DNA from: Escherichia coli
Lineage (GTDB): Bacteria; Pseudomonadota; Gammaproteobacteria; Enterobacterales; Enterobacteriaceae
Assembly (NCBI RefSeq): GCF_041248615.1
Contig: NZ_CP158426.1
Reading direction: 5' to 3' (one strand)
DNA length: 64,000 bases
Part shown: in pieces, positions 16,743-29,035 of the stretch
Layout of the letters: every line of letters begins with the position of its first letter
How positions within the stretch are numbered: position 1 is the stretch's first letter
Position numbers and translations under genes: made by a program
The notes under the pieces: generated by a model
What the model was told of the DNA's origin: nothing
Seen by the model: only the letters and a program-made list of their open reading frames with translations
The model's database searches: none

Positions 16743-18176
16743 TTACAGCATGTTCCAGCCGATCAGCATATTCCACCACCACACGCCGAGGGTGATATGC
16801 ACCAGGAAGGTTAATATCGTCAGTACCGCACCGACCAACCACCAGGATTTAATATCGTTATAACCCACGCCAAAGATGACCGGACCTGCCGCGCCGCCAT
16901 AGTGAGTAACCATGCCGCCATAGGAGTTGGAGAACAACAGTGCCAGCGCGGTTAACATTAACGGTGCGCCGGAGACGTTCGCCAGCATGGCAAATACCGG
17001 TAACATAGCAACGATATAGGCACTACCGGAAGCGAAGAAATAACGAACGATGATGCTGAGGAAAATAATAACGAAGAAAGCAACGTTACCGTGACCATCA
17101 AATGCCAGGTTATTTTTAAAGACTTCAGCTAACCATTCGAAGAATTTAACTTTCGATAATAAGGAGCTTAAGCCGATAATACCGCCGTACCAGATTAAGG
17201 TATTCCAGCCGCCTTTATTTTTAACCACGTCTTCCCAGGTAACGATACCCAGCAGCAGCATGGTCGCCATAACAACGATTGCCACGGTGGATTCATCAAC
17301 CCCCAGGGACTTACTGAAAATCCAGCCCAGCAGCGCCAGCACAAAGACACCGAGCAGCATTTTTTCGCGGATTTTCATCGGTCCCAGTTCGGCAAGGCCC
17401 GCTTTGGCGATGGTTTTATTATCCACCTTCTTAATTTCTGGCGGATACATGGTGTAAATCACCAGCGGGGTGACCAGCAGCATAATGATGCCCGGCAATC
17501 CGGCGGCCAGCGCCCATCCACCCCAGCTAATTTGCAGGTGCAGAATGTCGTTGATCATTTTCAGCGCCAGAATGTTCCCCGCCATTGCGGTAAAGAACAT
17601 ATAGCTGGTGGTTTTGGTGACCATGTAAATGGACATCATCAGGTAATGTCCAACACGACGCGGACTTTTTTCCGGTTCTGACCCCAAAGCCACCGCCACG
17701 CTGTTGATGATCGGTAACACAATGCCGCCCGCACGCGCGGTGTTAGACGGTGTTGCCGGAGCCAGTACCAGATCGAGGAATACCGTAACGTAACCCAGAC
17801 CCAGCGTGGTGTTACCGATTTTACCAATCAGCAGATAGGCAATACGTTTACCTAAGCCGGTGGTCACAAATGCGGCGCTTAAGGTAAACGCCGAGAACAC
17901 CAGCCAGGTGGTACCTGAAGAGTAACCGCTTAATACGGCGGTGGTTTTAAACGCACCGTCGGATAAGTTACCGACCACCACCATGGAGGCAGCAACGGCA
18001 ATTAACAGTACGACAGGTTCCGGGAAAGGCTTGATAACCAGCCCCACAATGGCCGCCAGGTAAATACCAAAAAGCACCCACGCCAGTTCGCTTAATCCTG
18101 CCGGAGCTGGCATAAAGCCAATAATACATGGGATCGCTAATATCAGAATTAGCTTCCATAACGATTTTTTATTCAT
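16743..18176 (-). CDS. ybhI: DASS-family anion transporter YbhI
   Basis: 477 aa polytopic membrane protein; K-12 gene order. Confidence 0.8.
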   Translation of the reverse strand: MNKKSLWKLILILAIPCIIGFMPAPAGLSELAWVLFGIYLAAIVGLVIKPFPEPVVLLIAVAASMVVVGNLSDGAFKTTAVLSGYSSGTTWLVFSAFTLSAAFVTTGLGKRIAYLLIGKIGNTTLGLGYVTVFLDLVLAPATPSNTARAGGIVLPIINSVAVALGSEPEKSPRRVGHYLMMSIYMVTKTTSYMFFTAMAGNILALKMINDILHLQISWGGWALAAGLPGIIMLLVTPLVIYTMYPPEIKKVDNKTIAKAGLAELGPMKIREKMLLGVFVLALLGWIFSKSLGVDESTVAIVVMATMLLLGIVTWEDVVKNKGGWNTLIWYGGIIGLSSLLSKVKFFEWLAEVFKNNLAFDGHGNVAFFVIIFLSIIVRYFFASGSAYIVAMLPVFAMLANVSGAPLMLTALALLFSNSYGGMVTHYGGAAGPVIFGVGYNDIKSWWLVGAVLTILTFLVHITLGVWWWNMLIGWNML

Positions 18177-18251
18177 TTAAAATCCTGTTCTTTCTGTATG
18201 ACTCATACAGAAGTCCTTTATTGATTGTCCTTATCCTGACAACGAATTTTT

Positions 18252-19304
18252 TCAGGGAAGAAAAACTTCACCGGAAAATATTTTTCTGGTTGTCCGAATA
18301 ACAGATGCGCGTAACGTCGTGGCATCCTGACCTTCATTACTTAAATGAACGTCGAGCGCACCACTGGGGTGTTCAATATTGATATTGCCGTATCCTACAG
18401 AAGGGACGATTTGTCGGGTGACGGTGCCTTCCAATGCACAACTACTGGAAATGGCAATAGCACCGGTTATCGCCAGCGCGCGATGGCAAGAATGCGGCAT
18501 AAAATAACGCACATTAATTGCTCCGCCTTTCTGCGCTGGAGAAATAAGCACAGGTTTAGGGATAACCATATTACTGACATCGCCTAATCCCATTGCTTTA
18601 CCCGCTTGTAGACGGATAGATTCAATGCGGGCTAATAATGCTTTGTCGGCATCCAGCTCCGCCGGTAATTCATAGCCTGTTTTTCCCAGATATTCAGCAG
18701 GAATAATGACAACTGGCATCGCCATATCGATACAGGTCACCGGGACATCGTCAAAATAATCAATCTGATTATCAGTCGGGAAGATTTTTCCGGTTTTGGT
18801 TCCGGCGGCATTCAGGAAAGTGAGCGCAACCGGTGCGGCAGTACCCGGTACGCCGTCAATTCTGGCGCTACCCTCGTACTCGACAACACCATTTAGCGTT
18901 TGCACATCAGCTTCGATGAACGTACCCGTATTGACGTTGCGGATACGTACGCGGGTAACTGGCGAAGTCGCTGCAATCAAACCATTTTCAATGGCGAATG
19001 CCCCAACCCCAGACAACATATTGCCGCAGTTTGGTGTTGTATCGACACGCTGCTCATGGACAATAACCTGAGCAAACAGATAATCGACATCTGCACGCGG
19101 ATCGCTGGAGCGGCTAATAATGGCGACTTTACTGGTCAGCGGATTACCGCCGCCAATACCGTCAATTTCCAGATCGTTACCGGAACCCATAATTGCCATC
19201 AATATTTTATCGCGCTGCGTTTGATCTTCGGGTAAATGTTCCGCTAACAGGAACGCGCCCCTCGAGGTTCCACCTCGCATCATCACGCAGGGTATTTTTT
19301 TCAT
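18252..19304 (-). CDS. ybhH: PrpF-family isomerase YbhH
   Basis: 350 aa; K-12 gene order. Confidence 0.8.
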   Translation of the reverse strand: MKKIPCVMMRGGTSRGAFLLAEHLPEDQTQRDKILMAIMGSGNDLEIDGIGGGNPLTSKVAIISRSSDPRADVDYLFAQVIVHEQRVDTTPNCGNMLSGVGAFAIENGLIAATSPVTRVRIRNVNTGTFIEADVQTLNGVVEYEGSARIDGVPGTAAPVALTFLNAAGTKTGKIFPTDNQIDYFDDVPVTCIDMAMPVVIIPAEYLGKTGYELPAELDADKALLARIESIRLQAGKAMGLGDVSNMVIPKPVLISPAQKGGAINVRYFMPHSCHRALAITGAIAISSSCALEGTVTRQIVPSVGYGNINIEHPSGALDVHLSNEGQDATTLRASVIRTTRKIFSGEVFLP

Positions 19305-19487
19305 AATAATGCCCTCAATTTAAAAACATAACTTATTGCGATATGGTTACATTAAGGGCAAAACATCTCTAATGACTTTAGCTCAACGATTAATAACATT
19401 TTTTCATTAATTTAAGTTGGCTAAATGCAGTTAAAATTTTTAACGGCCAGCCACCCAAAATCGACGCTTCCATTTTCCGGAGTAATA

Positions 19488-20441
19488 ATGAAGCATGAAT
19501 TATCAAGTATGAAGGCATTTGTCATACTGGCAGAGTCCAGTTCATTTAACAATGCTGCTAAATTACTCAATATTACGCAACCTGCATTAACGCGAAGAAT
19601 AAAAAAGATGGAGGAAGATTTACACATTCAACTATTTGAGCGTACAACTCGCAAGGTTACGTTAACAAAAGCAGGAAAAAGGTTGCTCCCGGAGGCGCGG
19701 GAATTAATAAAAAAATTCGATGAAACGCTTTTTAATATTCGTGATATGAATGCTTATCATCGTGGTATGGTGACGTTAGCGTGTATTCCGACCGCAGTAT
19801 TTTATTTTTTACCGCTGGCAATCGGTAAATTTAATGAGCTGTATCCCAATATTAAAGTGCGGATTCTGGAACAAGGCACGAATAATTGCATGGAATCGGT
19901 GCTGTGTAACGAATCAGACTTTGGCATAAACATGAACAACGTCACAAATTCATCCATTGATTTTACCCCACTGGTCAACGAGCCGTTCGTGCTGGCCTGT
20001 CGGCGTGACCATCCATTGGCCAAAAAGCAGCTTGTAGAATGGCAGGAGTTAGTGGGTTACAAAATGATTGGCGTACGCTCCTCCAGCGGCAACCGACTGT
20101 TGATAGAACAACAGCTGGCCGACAAGCCCTGGAAGCTGGACTGGTTTTACGAAGTGCGTCATCTTTCGACGTCATTAGGACTGGTGGAGGCGGGACTGGG
20201 GATTTCGGCGCTTCCTGGTCTGGCAATGCCCCATGCACCCTATTCTTCGATTATTGGTATCCCGCTGGTGGAACCGGTTATACGTCGGACATTGGGGATT
20301 ATTCGCCGCAAAGATGCCGTGCTTTCTCCGGCAGCTGAACGCTTTTTTGCCTTGCTGATTAATTTGTGGACTGACGATAAAGACAATTTGTGGACCAATA
20401 TCGTCGAACGCCAGAGACATGCGTTACAGGAGATAGGTTAA
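19488..20441 (+). CDS. ybhD: LysR-family transcriptional regulator YbhD
   Basis: Track ORF 19425..20441 trimmed to MKHELSSMKAFVILAESSSFNNAAKLLNITQPALTRRIK (317 aa) with an N-terminal LysR HTH. Divergent from ybhH. Confidence 0.8.
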   Translation: MKHELSSMKAFVILAESSSFNNAAKLLNITQPALTRRIKKMEEDLHIQLFERTTRKVTLTKAGKRLLPEARELIKKFDETLFNIRDMNAYHRGMVTLACIPTAVFYFLPLAIGKFNELYPNIKVRILEQGTNNCMESVLCNESDFGINMNNVTNSSIDFTPLVNEPFVLACRRDHPLAKKQLVEWQELVGYKMIGVRSSSGNRLLIEQQLADKPWKLDWFYEVRHLSTSLGLVEAGLGISALPGLAMPHAPYSSIIGIPLVEPVIRRTLGIIRRKDAVLSPAAERFFALLINLWTDDKDNLWTNIVERQRHALQEIG

Positions 20442-20481
20442 TACACCGGCGCAGGAGAGACTGCGCCGGGTAAATCAGCGG

Positions 20482-21513
<1,032 letters not shown>

Positions 21514-21631
21514 CTAAAATTAGTCGCTTTTGGCGGTGAATGCTGAATTAAAACGCAGAATTTTGTCCGATAGTGGTATCGGTGTACCATTCGCGCAGAC
21601 GAAAATTCTTAACCTTAATCTGGAATACGCC

Positions 21632-22450
21632 ATGACCACACGCGTGATTGCTCTCGACTTAGACGGCACCTTATTGACCCCGAAAAAGACCCTGCTTCCT
21701 TCATCGATAGAAGCCCTGGCCCGCGCTCGCGAAGCAGGCTATCAATTAATCATCGTCACAGGTCGCCATCACGTCGCTATTCATCCTTTTTATCAGGCGC
21801 TGGCGCTGGATACACCTGCTATTTGCTGTAATGGCACCTATTTGTATGATTATCATGCAAAAACAGTGCTGGAAGCGGACCCAATGCCCGTTAATAAAGC
21901 CCTGCAACTCATTGAGATGCTGAATGAACACCACATTCACGGTCTGATGTATGTCGATGATGCAATGGTCTATGAGCACCCGACCGGGCATGTCATTCGC
22001 ACGTCTAACTGGGCGCAAACCCTGCCGCCGGAACAGCGTCCGACTTTCACACAAGTCGCTTCTCTGGCTGAAACGGCGCAACAAGTTAACGCCGTATGGA
22101 AGTTCGCCCTGACGCACGATGACCTGCCGCAATTGCAGCATTTTGGTAAGCATGTCGAACATGAACTGGGACTTGAGTGTGAATGGTCCTGGCACGATCA
22201 GGTTGATATTGCACGCGGCGGCAACAGCAAAGGTAAACGTTTGACGAAATGGGTTGAGGCACAAGGTTGGTCGATGGAAAACGTCGTGGCATTCGGCGAT
22301 AACTTTAATGATATCAGTATGCTGGAAGCCGCTGGTACAGGCGTGGCGATGGGCAACGCCGATGACGCGGTAAAAGCGCGCGCCAACATTGTGATTGGTG
22401 ATAACACCACCGACAGCATTGCCCAGTTCATTTATAGCCACCTGATTTAA
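21632..22450 (+). CDS. ybhA: HAD-family phosphatase YbhA (pyridoxal phosphate phosphatase)
   Basis: Track ORF 21530..22450 trimmed to MTTRVIALDLDGTLL (272 aa), a HAD motif I. Confidence 0.85.
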   Translation: MTTRVIALDLDGTLLTPKKTLLPSSIEALARAREAGYQLIIVTGRHHVAIHPFYQALALDTPAICCNGTYLYDYHAKTVLEADPMPVNKALQLIEMLNEHHIHGLMYVDDAMVYEHPTGHVIRTSNWAQTLPPEQRPTFTQVASLAETAQQVNAVWKFALTHDDLPQLQHFGKHVEHELGLECEWSWHDQVDIARGGNSKGKRLTKWVEAQGWSMENVVAFGDNFNDISMLEAAGTGVAMGNADDAVKARANIVIGDNTTDSIAQFIYSHLI

Positions 22451-23509
22451 TCAGGCGGTTATCGACACACTTTTAATTTGCGCGTACAGCCACAGGCCTG
22501 GTTTGATCGCCAGTTCATCCCTGGCCCACGGGCTGATACGCGCCCACAGCGTTTTACCGCCGACTTCCAGCTCCACTTCCACCTGGCCGTTGTCGTCATA
22601 ACTATTAACAACTTTTGCCCGCAATACGTTACGAATGCTGGTTTGCTGCGGCGGTTGTAAAACCAGAGAAACATCTGAAGCCTGAATGCGGATGCGTAGC
22701 GCAGCTTGCAGCGGTTCGTCCAGCTTATTGACCCACAAATGCTGATCGCCCAGCGCCAGCGCGGTCATCGCGTAATGCGGATGATGCTCAAGCACCGTCA
22801 CTTTCAGAATGCTACTTTGTTGCTCTTTCGGCAGCCACGGATTCATCACGCTACTGCCCCACACTTCCTCCAGCACGCCAAAGGCTTTCACCTGACCGTT
22901 TTCCAGTACCATCACTCTGTCTGCCAGATGGAGGATCTCATCCAGCGAATGGCTGACATACAACATCGGAATGTTGATTTCCCGTGTCAGCCGTTGCAGA
23001 TAAGGCAACAGTTCGCGTTTACGCGGAATATCCAGTGACGCCAGCGGTTCATCCAGCAACAGCAATTCCGGTGCTGTCAGCAAAGCCCGACCAATCGCCA
23101 CGCGCTGTTTTTCGCCTCCGGACAGGCTGCCTGGTAAACGGTCAAGCAACGGTTCAATGCCTAAAAGCGCCACCAGCTTATCGAACTGATCGACCATACT
23201 TTTCGACATGCCGTAGCGCAGATTGCCACGCACTTTGTAATGCGGGAACAGCCGCGCATCCTGAAAAACATAGCCAACGCGACGCTTTTCCGGCGTCAGG
23301 CAGATACCTTTTTCGGCATCATTTAGTACCCGCCCATTGAGGACAATCCGCCCTTTTTGCGGGCGCGTCAGTCCACTGATGGCGTTAATCAGCGAAGTTT
23401 TTCCGGCACCGGAGACGCCAAAGATAGCAGTGATACCATTGGCGGGCAGCGTTTCATTAATGGTCAGGCAATGGTTGCCCAACGTCTGGGAAAAATTCAG
23501 TTCCAGCAT
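22451..23509 (-). CDS. modC: Molybdate ABC transporter ATP-binding protein ModC
   Basis: 352 aa with Walker [10 protein letters not shown] and ABC signature LSGGEKQR. Confidence 0.9.
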   Translation of the reverse strand: MLELNFSQTLGNHCLTINETLPANGITAIFGVSGAGKTSLINAISGLTRPQKGRIVLNGRVLNDAEKGICLTPEKRRVGYVFQDARLFPHYKVRGNLRYGMSKSMVDQFDKLVALLGIEPLLDRLPGSLSGGEKQRVAIGRALLTAPELLLLDEPLASLDIPRKRELLPYLQRLTREINIPMLYVSHSLDEILHLADRVMVLENGQVKAFGVLEEVWGSSVMNPWLPKEQQSSILKVTVLEHHPHYAMTALALGDQHLWVNKLDEPLQAALRIRIQASDVSLVLQPPQQTSIRNVLRAKVVNSYDDNGQVEVELEVGGKTLWARISPWARDELAIKPGLWLYAQIKSVSITA

Positions 23510-23511
23510 GA

Positions 23512-24201
23512 TTAGCGCCCCGCCCGTTCACGGCTGATTCTGGCCAGCCATTCTGAAATCAACAGGGAGATCATCGCCAGTGCAATAGAAATAATGCACA
23601 GTCTCGCCGCGCCACTTTCCCCGCCGGGGGTCTGGATCAGGGTATACATGGCAGAAGGAATGGTTCGCGTTTCACCAGGAATGTTCGACACAAAGGTGAT
23701 GGTTGCACCAAACTCACCGAGAGAACGAGCAAAAGCCAGTACCGTACCAACAATAATGCCCGGTAAGGTCAGCGGTAACGTGATAGTAAAGAAAACGCGC
23801 CAGCGCCCGGCACCCAGTGTTCTTGCGGCCTGTTCCAGTTTGACATCAACCCCTTCCAGCGCCAGACGAATTGCCCGCACCATCAGCGGAAACGACATGA
23901 CGGCGGCAGCGAGAACCGCGCCGCGCCAGCTAAAGGCGAAGGTAATGCCAAACCAGTCATACAGACGTTCACCGATAAATCCGCGCCGTCCCATCGAAAC
24001 TAATAATAAGTAACCGACGACCACGGGCGGTAACACCAGCGGTAGATGCAGTACGCTATCGAGCAGAGCTTTGCCCGGAAACGTGCAACGCACCAGTAAC
24101 CAGGCAAAAAAGATCCCAAACGGCAGGCTAAACAGCACAGCCAGGGAAGAAACTTTCAGGCTTAGTAAAACCGCCTGCCATTCTGGATCGGTCAGTATCA
24201 T
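23512..24201 (-). CDS. modB: Molybdate ABC transporter permease ModB
   Basis: 229 aa membrane protein; operon with modA/modC. Confidence 0.9.
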   Translation of the reverse strand: MILTDPEWQAVLLSLKVSSLAVLFSLPFGIFFAWLLVRCTFPGKALLDSVLHLPLVLPPVVVGYLLLVSMGRRGFIGERLYDWFGITFAFSWRGAVLAAAVMSFPLMVRAIRLALEGVDVKLEQAARTLGAGRWRVFFTITLPLTLPGIIVGTVLAFARSLGEFGATITFVSNIPGETRTIPSAMYTLIQTPGGESGAARLCIISIALAMISLLISEWLARISRERAGR

Positions 24202-24974
24202 TACTTGGTTGTAAATCCGTAACGTTTAAAGATTTCCGCAGCCTGCGGCCCCTTCAGATAATCATAAAATGCTTTCACTGTCGCATTGTTATGCCCTTCC
24301 ACAACAGCAACCGGGTATTCCACTTTTTTATGTGAATCTTCCGGGAAGGTGGCAACCACTTTTACCCCTTTGCTGGCAACTGCGTCAGAACCGTAAACAA
24401 TACCCAGCGGCGCTTCATTGCGTTCGACCAACGCCAGCGCGCCACGAACATCTTCCGCCGGAGCCAGTTTCGGGGAGAGCGTATCCCATGCGCCCAGTTT
24501 TTGCAGTGCTTCTTTTGCATAAATGCCAGCGGGAACATGTTCCGGATCGCCAACCGCCAGGCGACCGCCATTCAGCAGTGAAGTCCAGTTGGTTTTGCTG
24601 TCGATGGTGAAATCTTTCTGCTCACTGGCTTTCGGTGCTACAACGACCAGGCTATTGCCGAGCAGTGTCTGACGCGTAGCTGTATCGATCGCTTTTTTAT
24701 CAACCGCATAATCCATCCATTTCTGATCGGCAGAAATAAACAGATCCGCAGGGGCTCCCGCTTCAATCTGACGGGCGAGAGTAGATGACGAAGCGAAAGA
24801 AGAAACCACATCCACGCCTTTCTCTTTTTTATACTGCGTAGCAATGTCCTGCATTGCGTTAGTCAGTGATGCGGCGGCGAACACCGTGATTTTCCCTTCA
24901 TCTGCCAGTGCATTGCCAGCAACAGCGAAAGAGAGTGCCGCCCCGGCAAACAAGTTCAACCATTTACGAGCCAT
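24201..24974 (-). CDS. modA: Molybdate-binding periplasmic protein ModA
   Basis: 257 aa with signal peptide; start of the modABC operon. Confidence 0.9.
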   Translation of the reverse strand: MARKWLNLFAGAALSFAVAGNALADEGKITVFAAASLTNAMQDIATQYKKEKGVDVVSSFASSSTLARQIEAGAPADLFISADQKWMDYAVDKKAIDTATRQTLLGNSLVVVAPKASEQKDFTIDSKTNWTSLLNGGRLAVGDPEHVPAGIYAKEALQKLGAWDTLSPKLAPAEDVRGALALVERNEAPLGIVYGSDAVASKGVKVVATFPEDSHKKVEYPVAVVEGHNNATVKAFYDYLKGPQAAEIFKRYGFTTK

Positions 24975-24987
24975 TGGTAACCCCTTA

Positions 24988-25018
24988 ATGTAACGTTATG
25001 TAGGCGTCAATATAACGG
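24988..25018. promoter_or_regulatory. ModE operator at the modA promoter (candidate)
   Basis: Reverse complement reads cgttatattgacgcctacataacgttaca, with inverted CGTTATAT / ATAACG elements typical of the ModE site upstream of modA. Confidence 0.5.
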
Positions 25019-25140
25019 CAAGTTCGGAATTTTCCCAGCAGTTATTGCTAACCTTTGTGAGGTAGATGAGAAAAAATATCGGCAGGAAAAGCAGGAAGTT
25101 GAGAAAAAGAAAATGCCCGACTAAGCGGGCATTCAGGGAA

Positions 25141-25308
<168 letters not shown>

Positions 25309-25418
25309 TCATGAGACTATTCTAACCGCTAAGCACAGAAAAGCACTCCCCTTTTGTGCGGTCAGCTTTGCGTGGCGTTCGTTTTCCGTCACAATAAGAC
25401 TTTTGCCAGGACATTGTT

Positions 25419-26207
25419 ATGCAGGCCGAAATCCTTCTCACCCTTAAGCTCCAACAAAAATTATTCGCCGACCCGCGCCGCATTTCGCTACTAAAACACA
25501 TTGCGCTTTCCGGTTCCATTAGCCAGGGAGCGAAAGATGCCGGTATCAGCTATAAAAGCGCCTGGGATGCCATTAACGAGATGAATCAGTTAAGTGAGCA
25601 TATTCTGGTTGAGCGCGCAACAGGCGGTAAAGGTGGAGGCGGCGCAGTACTGACCCGCTATGGTCAGCGACTGATTCAGCTCTATGACTTACTGGCGCAA
25701 ATCCAGCAAAAAGCCTTTGATGTGTTAAGTGACGATGACGCCCTGCCGCTGAACAGCCTGCTGGCCGCGATCTCACGTTTTTCACTGCAAACCAGCGCCC
25801 GTAACCAGTGGTTCGGTACCATCACCGCCCGCGATCATGATGACGTTCAACAGCATGTTGATGTCTTACTGGCTGATGGAAAAACACGCCTGAAAGTCGC
25901 AATTACCGCACAAAGCGGCGCACGTCTGGGGCTGGATGAAGGCAAAGAAGTGTTGATATTGCTAAAAGCGCCGTGGGTAGGCATTACTCAGGACGAAGCG
26001 GTCGCACAAAACGCCGACAACCAATTACCGGGTATTATTAGTCATATTGAGCGCGGCGCAGAGCAGTGCGAAGTATTAATGGCGCTACCCGACGGGCAAA
26101 CACTGTGCGCCACAGTGCCGGTAAATGAAGCGACTTCTCTTCAGCAAGGACAGAATGTCACGGCCTACTTTAATGCCGACAGCGTGATTATCGCCACGCT
26201 ATGCTAA
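25419..26207 (+). CDS. modE: Molybdate-responsive transcriptional regulator ModE
   Basis: 262 aa; K-12 order. Confidence 0.9.
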   Translation: MQAEILLTLKLQQKLFADPRRISLLKHIALSGSISQGAKDAGISYKSAWDAINEMNQLSEHILVERATGGKGGGGAVLTRYGQRLIQLYDLLAQIQQKAFDVLSDDDALPLNSLLAAISRFSLQTSARNQWFGTITARDHDDVQQHVDVLLADGKTRLKVAITAQSGARLGLDEGKEVLILLKAPWVGITQDEAVAQNADNQLPGIISHIERGAEQCEVLMALPDGQTLCATVPVNEATSLQQGQNVTAYFNADSVIIATLC

Positions 26208-26274
26208 GCGTGTTGACAATTTGTTATGAAACACGTATCCCTGTCAGTAATCGCTGCACAAAATGAGATATAAA

Positions 26275-27747
26275 ATGTCATCGTTGCAAATTTTGCAAGG
26301 CACGTTTCGTCTTAGCGACACAAAAACGCTGCAATTGCCTCAGCTAACGTTAAACGCGGGTGATAGTTGGGCGTTTGTCGGTTCGAATGGAAGCGGGAAA
26401 TCGGCCCTGGCCCGCGCGCTGGCGGGGGAACTTCCGCTTTTGAAAGGTGAACGGCAAAGCCAGTTTTCCCACATCACTCGTCTCTCCTTCGAGCAATTGC
26501 AAAAGCTCGTCAGCGACGAATGGCAGCGGAATAACACCGATATGCTTAGTCCTGGCGAAGATGACACCGGGCGTACCACGGCTGAGATCATTCAGGATGA
26601 AGTAAAGGATACTCCGCGTTGCATGCAACTGGCGCAGCAGTTCGGTATTACCGCCCTCCTCGACCGACGCTTTAAATACCTTTCCACTGGCGAGACACGA
26701 AAAACCCTGCTGTGTCAGGCGCTGATGTCGGAGCCTGACTTGTTGATTCTTGATGAGCCGTTCGATGGCCTGGATGTTGCCTCACGTCAGCAGCTGGCTG
26801 AGCGACTCGCCTCGTTACATCAGTCCGGTATTACTCTGGTACTGGTGCTCAATCGCTTCGATGAGATCCCGGAGTTTGTCCAGTTTGCTGGCGTGCTGGC
26901 GGATTGCACGTTAGCGGAAACTAGCGCTAAAGAGGAACTGCTCCAACAAGCACTCGTCGCGCAACTGGCGCATAGTGAACAGCTTGAAGGTGTACAACTG
27001 CCGGAGCCGGATGAACCTTCAGCACGTCACGCCTTACCCGCCAACGAACCGCGCATTGTGCTGAACAACGGCGTGGTTTCTTATAACGATCGCCCCATTC
27101 TTAATAACCTTAGCTGGCAGGTGAATCCAGGCGAGCACTGGCAAATTGTCGGGCCAAATGGCGCGGGAAAATCGACGTTATTAAGCCTGATTACTGGCGA
27201 TCATCCGCAAGGTTACAGCAACGATTTGACGCTTTTCGGACGACGTCGCGGCAGCGGCGAAACCATCTGGGATATCAAAAAGCATATCGGTTACGTCAGC
27301 AGTAGTTTGCATCTGGATTACCGGGTCAGCACTACCGTGCGTAATGTGATCCTTTCTGGCTATTTTGATTCGATTGGCATTTATCAGGCCGTTTCGGATC
27401 GCCAGCAAAAACTGGTGCAGCAGTGGCTGGATATTCTCGGCATTGATAAACGCACGGCTGACGCTCCGTTCCATAGTCTTTCCTGGGGGCAACAACGCCT
27501 GGCGCTGATCGTCCGTGCACTGGTGAAACATCCGACGTTGCTTATTCTCGATGAACCACTACAGGGGCTTGATCCGCTCAATCGCCAGCTTATCCGCCGT
27601 TTTGTTGATGTGCTGATTAGCGAAGGTGAAACGCAATTGTTGTTTGTTTCGCACCACGCTGAAGATGCGCCTGCCTGTATTACCCATCGTCTTGAGTTCG
27701 TGCCAGACGGCGGACTCTATCGCTATGTGCTGACAAAAATAAATTGA
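26275..27747 (+). CDS. modF: ABC-family ATPase ModF (two ATP-binding domains)
   Basis: Track ORF 26263..27747 trimmed to MSSLQILQG (490 aa). Two Walker A motifs (GSNGSGKS, GPNGAGKS). Confidence 0.85.
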   Translation: MSSLQILQGTFRLSDTKTLQLPQLTLNAGDSWAFVGSNGSGKSALARALAGELPLLKGERQSQFSHITRLSFEQLQKLVSDEWQRNNTDMLSPGEDDTGRTTAEIIQDEVKDTPRCMQLAQQFGITALLDRRFKYLSTGETRKTLLCQALMSEPDLLILDEPFDGLDVASRQQLAERLASLHQSGITLVLVLNRFDEIPEFVQFAGVLADCTLAETSAKEELLQQALVAQLAHSEQLEGVQLPEPDEPSARHALPANEPRIVLNNGVVSYNDRPILNNLSWQVNPGEHWQIVGPNGAGKSTLLSLITGDHPQGYSNDLTLFGRRRGSGETIWDIKKHIGYVSSSLHLDYRVSTTVRNVILSGYFDSIGIYQAVSDRQQKLVQQWLDILGIDKRTADAPFHSLSWGQQRLALIVRALVKHPTLLILDEPLQGLDPLNRQLIRRFVDVLISEGETQLLFVSHHAEDAPACITHRLEFVPDGGLYRYVLTKIN

Positions 27748-27915
27748 GTCGGTAGTGCTGACCGTGCCGGAGGCGGCCTAAGCGCCCTCTCCGGCCAACG
27801 GTTCGACGCATCCAGGCATGAAACCGCGTCTTTTTTTTCAGATAAAAAGCGCAATCATTCATAAACCCTCTGTTTTATAATCACTTAATCGCGCATAAAA
27901 AACGGCTAAATTCTT

Positions 27916-27931
27916 GTGTAAACGATTCCAC
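27916..27931. promoter_or_regulatory. gal operator OE (GalR/GalS site) in the galE promoter region
   Basis: gtgtaaacgattccac, the classic gal OE sequence from memory, about 80 bp upstream of galE with the P1/P2 -10 region (tatggttat) following. Confidence 0.7.
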
Positions 27932-28009
27932 TAATTTATTCCATGTCACACTTTTCGCATCTTTGTTATGCTATGGTTATTTCATACCATAAGCCTAATG
28001 GAGCGAATT

Positions 28010-29026
28010 ATGAGAGTTCTGGTTACCGGTGGTAGCGGTTACATTGGAAGTCATACCTGTGTGCAATTACTGCAAAACGGTCATGATGTCATCATTCTTG
28101 ATAACCTCTGTAACAGTAAGCGCAGCGTACTGCCCGTTATCGAGCGTTTAGGCGGCAAACATCCAACGTTTGTTGAAGGCGATATTCGTAACGAAGCGTT
28201 GATGACCGAGATCCTGCACGATCACGCTATCGACACCGTGATCCACTTCGCCGGGCTGAAAGCCGTTGGCGAATCGGTACAAAAACCGCTGGAATATTAC
28301 GACAACAATGTCAACGGCACCCTGCGCCTGATTAGCGCCATGCGCGCCGCGAACGTCAAAAACTTTATTTTTAGCTCCTCCGCCACCGTCTATGGCGATC
28401 AGCCCAAAATTCCATACGTTGAAAGCTTCCCGACCGGCACACCGCAAAGCCCTTACGGCAAAAGCAAGCTAATGGTGGAACAGATCCTCACCGATCTGCA
28501 AAAAGCCCAGCCGGACTGGAGCATTGCCCTGCTGCGCTACTTCAACCCGGTTGGCGCGCATCCGTCGGGCGATATGGGCGAAGATCCGCAAGGCATTCCG
28601 AATAATCTGATGCCATACATCGCCCAGGTTGCTGTAGGCCGTCGCGACTCGCTGGCGATTTTTGGTAACGATTATCCGACCGAAGACGGTACTGGCGTGC
28701 GCGATTACATCCACGTAATGGATCTGGCGGACGGTCACGTCGTGGCGATGGAAAAACTGGCGAACAAGCCAGGCGTACACATCTACAACCTCGGCGCTGG
28801 CGTAGGCAGCAGCGTGCTGGACGTGGTTAATGCCTTCAGCAAAGCCTGCGGCAAACCGGTTAACTATCATTTTGCACCGCGTCGCGAGGGCGACCTTCCG
28901 GCCTACTGGGCGGACGCCAGCAAAGCCGACCGTGAACTGAACTGGCGCGTGACGCGCACACTCGATGAAATGGCGCAGGACACCTGGCACTGGCAGTCAC
29001 GCCATCCACAGGGATATCCCGATTAA
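28010..29026 (+). CDS. galE: UDP-glucose 4-epimerase
   Basis: Track ORF 27968..29026 trimmed to MRVLVTGGSGYIGSH (338 aa), a Rossmann GxxGxxG start. Confidence 0.95.
   Translation: MRVLVTGGSGYIGSHTCVQLLQNGHDVIILDNLCNSKRSVLPVIERLGGKHPTFVEGDIRNEALMTEILHDHAIDTVIHFAGLKAVGESVQKPLEYYDNNVNGTLRLISAMRAANVKNFIFSSSATVYGDQPKIPYVESFPTGTPQSPYGKSKLMVEQILTDLQKAQPDWSIALLRYFNPVGAHPSGDMGEDPQGIPNNLMPYIAQVAVGRRDSLAIFGNDYPTEDGTGVRDYIHVMDLADGHVVAMEKLANKPGVHIYNLGAGVGSSVLDVVNAFSKACGKPVNYHFAPRREGDLPAYWADASKADRELNWRVTRTLDEMAQDTWHWQSRHPQGYPD
28029..28044. promoter_or_regulatory. gal internal operator OI inside the 5' end of galE
   Basis: gtggtagcggttacat within the first codons of galE, the known OI position. Confidence 0.65.
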
Positions 29027-29035
29027 GGAACGACC

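Noticed and set aside
27968-28009. N-terminal extensions of galE, gpmA (32456), ybhD (19425), modF (26263) and ybhA (21530) suggested by the ORF track
   Set aside because: The internal starts reproduce the known protein lengths and canonical N-terminal motifs (for example the Rossmann GxxGxxG of GalE and RHGE of GpmA); the extensions lack RBS support and overlap promoter or operator sequence.
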